Positions 12,161 through 22,700 of a stretch of DNA of 64,000 nucleotides are shown here, in pieces (the stretch's first letter is position 1; every line of letters begins with the position of its first letter). A program made the position numbers and the translations under genes. The notes under the pieces are model-generated. The model had not been told where the DNA came from and did no database searches. It worked only from the letters and a program-made list of their open reading frames with translations. The DNA comes from Epithemia pelagica (taxonomy: Eukaryota > Protista > Bacillariophyta). The stretch spans positions 372,001 to 436,000 of the forward strand of contig OX337242.1 in assembly GCA_946965045.2 (NCBI GenBank), given 5' to 3'.

Positions 12161-13198
12161 ATGACCGCAACACTGAATGCTACCACCACTACAGAGATGG
12201 AGGAAACCGAAACTCTGACTGTTGCTACAACCATGAAAGACGGTGTCACCAGCAAGAATGATGGACCGGAATCGCAACCACCAACAAAAAATGATGAAGA
12301 ACCACAAGTTTTGTCGAACAACAACGACGAGGACGAGTGCGAGACACGACAAGACACGGAGCATGTTGTGGAAGGAGACGCCAAAGAAGACGAGGAGAAG
12401 AAGGACCCGAATGACAGCGAATCCAACGACAGGGAGGACGAAACGAGGGAGGTGGTGGTTGACACTGCAACCGATCAGGACTAACAAGACGACGACGCCA
12501 TGAATGACACCCACAAGGAAGAGATCACCGACAATGAGGACAATGACGACGACGTTTATGATACCATTCCACAATCGCTCATCGACCTCCAAAACAAGAA
12601 CAAGAAGCAGCAGCAGCAACAACAAGACAAGGACAACGACGACGGCTTTACCACTTCCCGTTTGAGTACCATGGGAAAATTAGAAGTCTTGACAGAATTT
12701 TTTCGAACTGACACGCTCTTGGAATGGCTCGTACCACCCAAACCATCGCCTCGACAGGTACACCTGCAGAGCAGCAACAGCAACATTACTAGTACTACGA
12801 CTCCAACGGATTCATCTTCTCCAGTCTCCACCTCGCCCTCCACCAAGGAACCAACCGAACAACAAGAGGTTTCCGATCCTACTGCTACAAACAGCAACAA
12901 CCAGGACCCTTCCAAGGATACGACAAACAGTCCCAATGCCCCCGCTAGTGGTGGCGGTCCTCTGTTTCGTACCAAGAGCATTTTGAAAAAGTGGAAACGT
13001 GCCATGAGTCCCTCCAAACAGCCACGACAACAACCACAAGACCGCAAATCACCTCCTCTTCCTCGTACTCGCAAAGCCAAGGGCAAGATTCACCGCAGTC
13101 GTCCAGATCCCGTCATTTTGACAACCGCTCCTTCCATCCACTCTGTGCAATCAAATGCCCCATCACCGGATGCCCATTCTGTCCAAGGAGAATCCTGA
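12161..13198 (+). pseudogene. Hypothetical low-complexity protein interrupted by one in-frame TAA (12482-12484); possibly a null allele, a sequencing error, or two short genes
   Basis: ORFs ending at 12484 and starting at 12500 are in the same frame, with continuous D/E/N/T-rich composition across TDQD*QDDDAM. Confidence 0.55.
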
Positions 13199-14109
13199 AA
13201 AGTGGGGTTTTCCAAATGAACTGGAGGGGAGAGAGGCACCATTTCCTCCTCTTGTGTTTGGGTGGCTTGGAAACACAAGGTGACCTGTCCAGGAACCATA
13301 GTGGGTAGAGTTCTAGAACGGGCAGTTTAGTATTCTTTTGCATAGAGATAATACTCCTCTAGGAAGAAGTCTGTCGTCGAGTACCAGAGGTAGCTCTGCT
13401 AGAGAGAAGCAACGCCTCCTTGTTAAGCAACGCCTCCTTGTTCTAAAGTGGGGGTGCCGAGCCGTTGAATCTCATCTCCCCAATATCTTGCTTCGCGCAC
13501 CTCTTGTTTTCCCCAAGCACCAAAACACAGAGAGACATGTGACCATCTCCATCGTCGCACTTTGGTGTTGGAGATACAATACACGAGTCTAGGAGTTGGT
13601 GGTTGGCACTGCCGTGGGCAGTTTGCTCGAACCATTGCCCTTGGCGGCGCACCTCGTCCGTGTGGCATTATTTCGAAATGTATCTATTTAAGGCCCCAAC
13701 GTCCCCCATAAATCGAATTTGGATGGCCTCTCACGACTCGAGACGACGGGCTTGCGATTCTGGATAGTCGTATTCGTAAGCTGCATCCTCTCTCCCACAG
13801 AACTACCTAAACCAGAACGTTGGATGGATGGATTTGGGGAGAGACGCTATGATGATTGGAGAATTGAAATGGACCCGTTGATGATTCCGAGTGCAAAATG
13901 CCTTGTTTTCACCTCTTACATGTGCCAACCATCCAACGCGTCTTTTTTGTGTGTGCGGCTCACTGCGTTTTGGAAATATGGAACGATCCAAATTCACACA
14001 CACAGCCTCTAGTTAATTCCGTCCGACACTCTTCATTTGTTGCCGTTTGCATCCGAACAGCCGACGAATCCTCACCTCCCTCCACGACGACAACAAAACA
14101 ACGACCAGG

Positions 14110-15801
14110 ATGCGGACGACGACTGAGAATCCTCCGCCCTTTTTGGTGACGACGATGACGGAACGGGTGGTGCAGACCATTTCGACCACCGATTCCATTG
14201 AATTGGTCCACGAACCACCCACAACAACCACAAGTTCCATGGAACGCTCCGTCACGTCGTCATCTCGTTCTCCTCCAAGTCAACGAGTGTGGACCAGTCG
14301 TCGTCGCTGGTTCTCCACCACCACCACCAAGGACACCAAGGACGACAAGGAGGTCTCGCCGAACGAAGCAGCAGCCGCAGAGGATACCAGCAACATGGTT
14401 CAAGTCTTGGACCCCACGCCAACGACTCAACATGACCACAAGGACGATCACCAAGAAGCACAAGAGACAGATCCCCAAGACACAAAGGACATCGACAATG
14501 ACGACAATAAGGTCATTGTTTGGGACTCTACCCCCCAAGCTTCGCCCCACCCTTCCACGTTGTCGTCGTCCATTGTCATTTTGGATCCGAGTCCAGCCAC
14601 CGAGCCATCCCCGCAGGAGCCAGTCGACTGGAACGAGTCGTCACCCCAAGAACCACAACAGCACCATGGTCGTCGCGTGCCACGGCGTTCGAGTATTACC
14701 AAATGGTCCTTGTCATCGTCGTCGTCTCGTGACGACACAAAGGTGACTGAGCTCCCCGAGAACAACAGCCACCAAACTCAACCGCCGCAGCAGCAGCATT
14801 CCGACGGTACTACGACTAGGGAGGAGGATGCCTCCACCGTGGCCATTTCCAACCAAACGAACAACAAGAAGCAGCAACCCGTGACTCTGCCAAGCCTCCT
14901 TCCCACGAAAGAGACGGTCCGTGGCCAGAATCAAAAACAAAAGAAGAAGAAGAACCAGAGGAATTCGAAGTCCACACCCAACCAGAACCTACGCGTCGAG
15001 AACGACGGCAACCCCAACGACACCAAGAAGCTCCAGGAACAAGACTGCATTCAAATCTTTGAAGCCACCCACCAGCCGTCCATGGGATCCCCAGTAGTAG
15101 TACCATCACCCGACACTCCCATGCCGAACCAGCGACTGCAAAACACGAGCATTCGCAGTCATCATCCCACAAGCATCACCACCAAGACTCGTTTGGAACC
15201 ATCCATCTCCCAAAAACTTGCTTGTGTCGCAGCTCCCTTTTCTTCCAAAAAGACTCGAGGAACCACCAAGAGTCGGAAAACGTCCCAACAGTCGACCCAA
15301 GACACTCCTTCTCCTCCGTCGTCGTCGTCTTCTTCTTCTTCCAAAAGTCTGCAAGAAAAATCGTTGAAACAGCCAACCTTCGTTCCGTCTTCCAACTCGG
15401 TTTCCCTCCACAAACGTGTTGCCCACCCCAAGATTACCAAGAGTTGGATCGATGAAGACGACGTCAAGGAAGTGAAATTCGTCGACGATGACGACGACTG
15501 GATGGGTGGTGACACGGGAGAACGAAAGTCCTATTTGGCCGATGCCTGTATCGTCGGAGCCGAACTCTGTGGTGTTTCCACCCACGATATTGAACACTTG
15601 TTGGAAGATACCCTGCACGATATGCGACATGCCAAACAAATGGAACTCGAAGCGGCCGAACGATACAAGAAGAGCAGTCATTATCGTGCCCTGCCGCCGC
15701 CGTCGTCGTCGTCGTCGTCATCGTCATCCTCCTTGGTGGCCAAACCAACCAGCACCAACAACAACATCAGCGCCATGTCCCTGTTCACTCTGCAAACTTG
15801 A
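14110..15801 (+). CDS. Hypothetical T/S/Q-rich disordered protein (about 563 aa from the first ATG) with KEVKF and LADACIVGAELCG motifs
   Basis: Long ORF 14047-15801; first ATG at 14110. Confidence 0.75.
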   Translation: MRTTTENPPPFLVTTMTERVVQTISTTDSIELVHEPPTTTTSSMERSVTSSSRSPPSQRVWTSRRRWFSTTTTKDTKDDKEVSPNEAAAAEDTSNMVQVLDPTPTTQHDHKDDHQEAQETDPQDTKDIDNDDNKVIVWDSTPQASPHPSTLSSSIVILDPSPATEPSPQEPVDWNESSPQEPQQHHGRRVPRRSSITKWSLSSSSSRDDTKVTELPENNSHQTQPPQQQHSDGTTTREEDASTVAISNQTNNKKQQPVTLPSLLPTKETVRGQNQKQKKKKNQRNSKSTPNQNLRVENDGNPNDTKKLQEQDCIQIFEATHQPSMGSPVVVPSPDTPMPNQRLQNTSIRSHHPTSITTKTRLEPSISQKLACVAAPFSSKKTRGTTKSRKTSQQSTQDTPSPPSSSSSSSSKSLQEKSLKQPTFVPSSNSVSLHKRVAHPKITKSWIDEDDVKEVKFVDDDDDWMGGDTGERKSYLADACIVGAELCGVSTHDIEHLLEDTLHDMRHAKQMELEAAERYKKSSHYRALPPPSSSSSSSSSSLVAKPTSTNNNISAMSLFTLQT

Positions 15802-16062
15802 CAGGTGCCGTCCTGAATACTACGAAAACTAAACAACACTGGGGACAATGTGACATGTATTACTTCCTTGGAAGTAATCGTCATGGTATATGTATATTGG
15901 ATTGTGTTAGTTCGCTCCATCCTCCATGGGGACAGCTACAAACGTTTGTCAATTCTTGGTGAAACACTGCTAAATCATACTCCTACTCCTAGTAATATCG
16001 TTTTCTCTGTAGAGAGAGATGGTACACAGTAGACATCATAGCAAGAGCAGAGGCGGGACTGA

Positions 16063-16116
16063 TTTCACGTGACTCAGGTTCATGAGGGCTGACGGACAGA
16101 CTTTTCACGTGACTCA
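16063..16116. promoter_or_regulatory. Two copies of tttCACGTGACTCA (overlapping G-box and AP-1-like bZIP sites)
   Basis: An exact 14-mer at 16063-16076 and 16103-16116, about 500 bp upstream of the ATG at 16607; function inferred from consensus only. Confidence 0.45.
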
Positions 16117-16606
16117 TCTAGTTGGAGTCGTGAGTTACGGAGCAGAAATCCATGCGGGATTCGAAAAAATGAGTCCCTAGTAGCGAGCCATCACATCCAG
16201 AGGGGCATAAAGAATTCTCAGCGAGCATGCCGAAGTCGCGAAGATTTGGCGACCACATTTTCCCCCAGGCCGTTTGAAAAAACCCCACAAACCACCAAGA
16301 AAAAGGAGATCCGGTCGGGAAGCTGAACGCGTCGCACCATCTAACTAAATATTATTGTCAATGGGCGACATCTCCAGTCAGCGAACTGATGGCCAATCCA
16401 GAGACTGGACAGTTTCTCGTCCGACGCCAAAAACACATCTTGCTAAGAGAGGTCTTGTTGTGGTTGGTATCTCTCTCTCTCTCTCTCTCTCTCAAAATAG
16501 GAGAGTGCCTTTGGCGACAGTTGGACTGGGGAGAGAAGAAACCTTGGAGGTTGGTAGTTAGTCATTGTCGTTGTTGTTGGAGTGGAACGACAAGGAGACA
16601 ACAACC

Positions 16607-18742
16607 ATGGTGGGAAAACAATTGATGCGGTCCCATCAAAGGCCCTCCAAGAACAACAACAAATTGGGACGTGCCGTCCACAACAAGAAGCCGTTCCGAC
16701 CCAAGCTTGCGGTAGAAATTCAAAGCTTTGGAGAAAAATCTGAACTCGTCCAACAATCTCCTCGAGGAGGAATTCCGGTAGCCAATGAGGAAGAGGATGT
16801 CATTAAGGTCTATCCCAGTACTCGTTCCGTTGCTTCCGCTTCTACGACTACGACGACTCGAGGCGATGGCAGTCAAACCTTGAAAGCTCTTCAGGCGGCA
16901 CAGCACAGCAACAACCACAGTACAACCACAAGGACTGGAGGAGCCGATGCAAGTTTGACCTTGAAGTCTCTGCCACAGAGCAAGAGTCAAAAAATGGCCG
17001 CCCATCAGAAACGATCGAGTACCAACACTAGCACCACCAAGATGAGCGGCACCAAATCCGTTGCATCCACACCGTCCGCCGCCTCGTCTTCCCAGCTAGT
17101 ACAACCAAGAAAACAAAAACTTCGGACGGTAACACCGCCCAAAAAGAGACGACCTCCGACAACGCCTGGATCCACGTCGTCGTCGGCAGGGGCCTCCTCC
17201 ATCATTAGCTCCGATGCCGTCTCTCGAATGACCGAGGATTCGTCCATTGAAAGTCGTCGAGATTTGTTTCAGGATGCCAAGCAATTGTACCTCTTGTCGG
17301 TGGCATTGAAACAGGAGCAGCAACAACAACAACAAGCAGAAGACCCCAAGGATTTGGATGGGCGAGCGTCTGTCGTTTCCAAATCCTCGGCGGCATCCTC
17401 CACATCGTCCCGACGGTCGGTCTCACCAATGAAAAAATCCGACCCCACTTCCCTGGTCGTGCTCAATCCCAGCCCCCAGGGAGCCAAATCCAAATATGGC
17501 AGTACGAACAGTAGTAGTGTCCCGATGGACGATTCGAATCGACCCCTTTCTCCGCCTCGTCGCACCTATGGCGGTGGCGGCGGCATGTCCAATCTGCCGT
17601 TTTTTCCCGAACAGCAGCAACAACAACAACAACAGCGAAGGATGATTTCCGATCAGCGATTGGTGGGAGGAAGCAATCTCAAGGAACTTTTATCGGCCTT
17701 GCACAATGGATATTCGGTTGAAACCATTGATGCTGGTGCTGCCTCCAAGAACAACAACAACACTGAAAATGCCGCCCAACAACCACAAGCGCAAACGTCC
17801 AACAACAACAACAAAGCGTCCACAAGCTGGTATTCTTGGCCCTTTTCCTTTTCGGCCTTTCGATCGGACAAAAAGAGTTTTTTTGGAGGAGGCGGAGACC
17901 CAAATGCGGAGAGTTCCACGACCAACCAAAAGACCACCACAGAAACCACTGTGGCCTTGTTGCATGCCGAAGAAACAGTCGAAGTCGTCAAGACGGAAAT
18001 TGCTTCGGAATCACTCGTGGTCTTGGAACCCAAACGAAGACAACAACAGCAACAAGAACAACAAGAAGAGAAACAGAAACTTGCCAAACCGAAAAAGAAA
18101 AGGAAACAACCAAGCAGAAAGCCTCTTTTGGGACTGCCCAAACAACGTTCGTTGGAATCGAGTGGTGGTTCCTGTTCCACACCTCTCTTGCCAGTCGTCT
18201 TGGAAGAAGTAGACGAAGAAGAAGGTGTCACCTTATCCATGGTCGACGAGGATCCATCGTCCAGTACTGGTAGTACTGGTGGCGGCAAGGGACGACCCGA
18301 GGATGCTTCTCCTCCTCCAACAACAACAACAACAACCGCAGAGGAATCCGAACGGGCGACCACCACCACCACGGCCATCGAATGTACCTTATCCACTACG
18401 GAGGAACACGAACCACAACAACAAGCCACTACAACTACGAATGGGATCCTGTCTCCGGCACGCGAAGAAAGACATGATCATGGTCCGGACACAATTCTCT
18501 GTTGCGTACAGCAGCAACAACAACAACCACAAGACGACAACCATCAGGATTCGGGCAATACTACCACAGCCAGTACAACCAGCAGTCGCAACAACAGCAA
18601 AACGGACAACAACAACAACAATAATAGAAGTACTGGTCCACAAACGAAAACAAAACTGGGACGAGTCACACGATCCCTGATTACAGATTCCAACGATGAA
18701 GATGATGAGGAAGAGGAAGAAGAGGAAAAGGCTTGTTCGTAA
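16607..18742 (+). CDS. Hypothetical S/T/Q/N-rich disordered protein (about 711 aa)
   Basis: Long ORF 16565-18742; first ATG at 16607. Confidence 0.8.
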   Translation: MVGKQLMRSHQRPSKNNNKLGRAVHNKKPFRPKLAVEIQSFGEKSELVQQSPRGGIPVANEEEDVIKVYPSTRSVASASTTTTTRGDGSQTLKALQAAQHSNNHSTTTRTGGADASLTLKSLPQSKSQKMAAHQKRSSTNTSTTKMSGTKSVASTPSAASSSQLVQPRKQKLRTVTPPKKRRPPTTPGSTSSSAGASSIISSDAVSRMTEDSSIESRRDLFQDAKQLYLLSVALKQEQQQQQQAEDPKDLDGRASVVSKSSAASSTSSRRSVSPMKKSDPTSLVVLNPSPQGAKSKYGSTNSSSVPMDDSNRPLSPPRRTYGGGGGMSNLPFFPEQQQQQQQQRRMISDQRLVGGSNLKELLSALHNGYSVETIDAGAASKNNNNTENAAQQPQAQTSNNNNKASTSWYSWPFSFSAFRSDKKSFFGGGGDPNAESSTTNQKTTTETTVALLHAEETVEVVKTEIASESLVVLEPKRRQQQQQEQQEEKQKLAKPKKKRKQPSRKPLLGLPKQRSLESSGGSCSTPLLPVVLEEVDEEEGVTLSMVDEDPSSSTGSTGGGKGRPEDASPPPTTTTTTAEESERATTTTTAIECTLSTTEEHEPQQQATTTTNGILSPAREERHDHGPDTILCCVQQQQQQPQDDNHQDSGNTTTASTTSSRNNSKTDNNNNNNRSTGPQTKTKLGRVTRSLITDSNDEDDEEEEEEEKACS

Positions 18743-19777
18743 CGGGCTTCTTTTGAGTGGGTGGGCAAAGGTCGGAGAAACCAATCGTGGTGGTTGATAG
18801 AATGCGTCTGGAGAGAGGGCACACACAAAAGTCGTTCCAACAACACGCTACTAAAAAATCCAGACAAGAGATGAGGATGAGGATAATGGTATACGAGTGT
18901 CACCTATATAGTTTCAGTAAGGAAATAGTTTGAATGGTGACTGTATTTATTACGACTGCTACGGCAGTTCCATGGCCTCCTCTCCACCACGCAGTATAGA
19001 AGTAGGTAGACGTATCCTTCTCCATTGGCTTAGATTCCATATCCTCCCTTGGAAAAAACATTGCTTTATAAAAGACTACCGCCGATACTGCTAAAGGAAT
19101 TGGTAACATCTTCACCATCGAGGCACCATCTGTCTGTCTTTCCAACAACTCCTTGCTTTTTATTTGGAATTTGGGGATAGCAAACGTGTCATACAATAAT
19201 ATGGCCTCATTGCTCTAGTTAAATAAATTACATATGCCATCGATTACTATCAAGAATCTAGACCGCAAAAACGCAGCTCATATGTGACAAATTTTTTGTT
19301 ACACTTAAGCCGTATCGCATTCCTTTTTCGTGAGGGTATTCTTCTGTATAGCCCGTGGCGAGGGGCTATTCAGATAAGCCTTGCTCCGCGCGCTTCGCAA
19401 ACGTGATGGTGCGCGTTGGAGAGGCCCATTTTTTGCGGCCTTGATTCCGGAATCGGAGATTGGCGACGATCGCAAACCAAATACATAGAGAGCATCCTGC
19501 AGCATGTAACACTCATGGTCTCTATCTATACCAGTATCCACACGCCGAAATGTATCCTGGAAACAGCCATTGGTGGCAGTAATAGAGAAGTTCGATTTCT
19601 CGGCAAGAACCAAGAATCATCAGCGCACCTCGTTTGGCGGCGTAACAAGGTGATTGGCTCCAAAAACAACCGGAGGCAAACACTCGTGCTCCTTCTGCTT
19701 GCTTTATTGTTTGGTAATAAAAGGAAGGGCATTCATCAGTGCCTTGCTTCTTCCCATCCCAAAAGACAGTCGTCATC

Positions 19778-22700
19778 ATGCAGGAACCATCAGCGTTTCC
19801 ATTCACCATGATGAAAGGAGCCAAAGAATTCTTGGCCTTGCCTCCCTCGTCGTCTCTTGCACCTCCCTTGTCCAAGGCTTCTATTGTGGCCGCCTTGGAT
19901 GCCTTGGATGCCAGGATGCAGGAGGCCACCAAGAATACCAAGGAGAAGCTTTGGCCAGCAGAGCCACCATCACAAAAGAGTAACGACAAAACGCCGAGCA
20001 GCAGTGAACCAACGGAACCAACGGAACCAACTAGCAGCAGCAATCAAAACAACAACAACAACAGTTTCAACTTGTCGTCGTATGCCGATTCCAATGCCAT
20101 GGCGACCTATGTGACGGATCTTTTGGCCGCTGCCAAGGAACTAACCTCCAACGAAACGAATGGACAACAACAAGAGGATTCGCCAAATAATATGAATGCT
20201 CAAGATCACTTGGCGGCCCTGTCCAGTGCCTTGCACGATTTGCTTTTGATGGAACAGAACAAGGACGACAGCAAAGAAGACCACCAAGAAGAACAGCAAC
20301 CACAAGACGACGGCCAACAGGCTGCGTTATCCCAACAAGAACAACAAACACCTCAACAACAAGCAAATGATACCTTAACCAATGCTCTGAGTGATTTGCT
20401 CTTGTTGCAATCTCCTCGTCATGCCTCCTCCTCCATTACAACGACGGGTCGAACAACACCAACATCAACGACATCCCTGGTGCCAGTAAAGAGACGAAAG
20501 AAGCTTGCTCTCCGTGCCGCCACTTCTGTGGAAAAGAAGAACAAGAAGAATACCAACAAGGAAAAAGCTAGCACATACGACGACGACGACAAGGCCAAAC
20601 AAGACGACAGGAATACAAAGAGTACGAGTGCTGCGTCTCTTTATGATTCGGAGGAAACTGCTGCTGCTTCTCACGTACACAATAGTGACCTAATGACCGC
20701 CATCGACCAACAACATCCCGAAGACGAGGAGTGTTCTTATTATTTGGCACAAGACGTGGAAATGGTCAAGACCAATACGTTTGAAAGCAAGGATCAGCAA
20801 CCATCCGTTGTGTTGGCGAAGGAAAAGGCAATCGTCAAGGCATCACCAGCCTTCTCCAATCGCAGGTTTCCTTCTCGTCGCGGTCACAACAAGAAAAAAG
20901 GCACGTCGTTTCGAGAACCACGATGGAGTGCCAAGAAACAACCGAAACAACAACAACAACAACAACAACACGTGCCGACCGCCGCCGAAGCACATCCCTT
21001 GCATATTTTACAAGATGATGGATTTTCGGTGGAAATGATTACGGGGGAAAATGAACAAGAAGCAGCCTCGCTCATTCTCCAGCACCAAAAAGAACTGGAC
21101 GAGCAGTCCCTTGCCGTGTCTTCCAAAAAGAGGAGCAGCAGCAACAAGAACAACAACATTACCAAGTCTGCAGAACCTCCAGTGGATACTATGGCATCAG
21201 AAGCGGCAGATACGAGCCAACACTCTTCCTCCTTCACGGAAAACGTGGTACAGAACGCAGCATCTGCAGCTATGACCCCAGAAGAATGTATTGATCCTCA
21301 AGGACAAGAGCAACTACCTGATGAACCATACAATCAGGAAACTGAAGCCCAAGTATACACGGAAGAAGCCGAAGTAGACACTGAAGAAGCTGAAGTGGAA
21401 AAAATCAATGACTCAAGTGGTGAAAGGAACGACAACCAATCCGTTCCTCCCACCTCGTCGTCCTTCCCGCCCGTTGTCGATAAAATGCCTTCGTTTTCGA
21501 ATGGAAGGCAAACACCCGTTTTGGATGTCGTGGTCCTTCCTGGCAGTGACAGCACCGACAATAGTACCTTGGAGTATAGTGCGAGCAAATCGCCACGGCC
21601 GTCCAACACCTATCAGCCCCTCGTCATGGTGGAACCCAAGCAAAAGGTCATGGTGGAACCCAAGCAAAAGGTCATGGTGGAACCCAAGCAAAAGATGCGA
21701 CAACGTTCCAGCTTGCCACGAAGACCCAGTATGTTGGGGTCCATTCGAGGAGACGGCGGACAAAGCCGCAACAGCTCCTCCTCCAACAGTCGTCGGTCCG
21801 AAACTGGGCCGTTGCCTCCTAAGAAGAATATGCGTGTTTTGAAAATGTCCATTCGTCGTGCCGGAGAGGAAAAATTGGTCGAATCCTTGAACTCGAAACG
21901 GACGCCGTTTGCGGAGGAATCGGCGGAGGATCGCAATTCTCAATATGTCATGGTCTTTGAGCCACAGCAACAGTCCTCACGGAAAAAGAAAGTCGGAGGA
22001 GGAAAACAACTCCGAGCAGAAGAAGACAACTCCACAAAGTCGAGTGATTCTACCAATCCTTCCTCTCAAGGGTCCGATCAAGGATCGGCTGCAAGTCGTC
22101 GACTGGTGGTCCTGAATCGGAGACGTACCCGATCCAGGCGTGGTCCGTTTATGCGTTCCGTACAGCCCGATGGAAAGCTATCGGGATCGAGTCATCATCG
22201 ACTTGAAATTCTTTCCGTGTCCCCATCCACAAACAATGGAAATTCCGAGTCGTCCTCTAGGAGAAGGGTGGTGCAGGAGAAAAAGCGACCGGGTGTGACA
22301 ACGCTCGGCAAGAAGGATGAGGGTGCCGTTGCGGTTCTAAGTTCGACAAAGTCCTATGAAGTTTTCAATGTGAATAACAAAACCAAGAAACTTTCAAACT
22401 GTCTTGTTGTCTTTGAACCAAAAAATAAAAAGGACGTACAAGAACCCAAAACGTACAGGGATGTATATGAACCCAAAACCAACAAGGAGGATGTCTATGA
22501 ACCCAGAACCATCAAGGAGGATGTCTATGAACCCAAGACCAACAAGAATGTGTATGGACCCATGACCAACAAGGAGGAAGCCTTCGAGTCTTCTCCACAC
22601 ATCAACAATGGTCGATCTCAGAGAATGAGAAGAATGGAGTATGCCAATGACCTCTCCATTGGGTCTTCCACCACAGCAAATGCTACCACGGGAACTCGAA

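Noticed and set aside
11807-13442. Small intergenic duplications (25 bp at 11807/11841 and 18 bp at 13407/13425; similar ones at 27310 and 51465) and CT/GA microsatellites
   Set aside because: These are ordinary slippage products with no shared sequence or supporting context.
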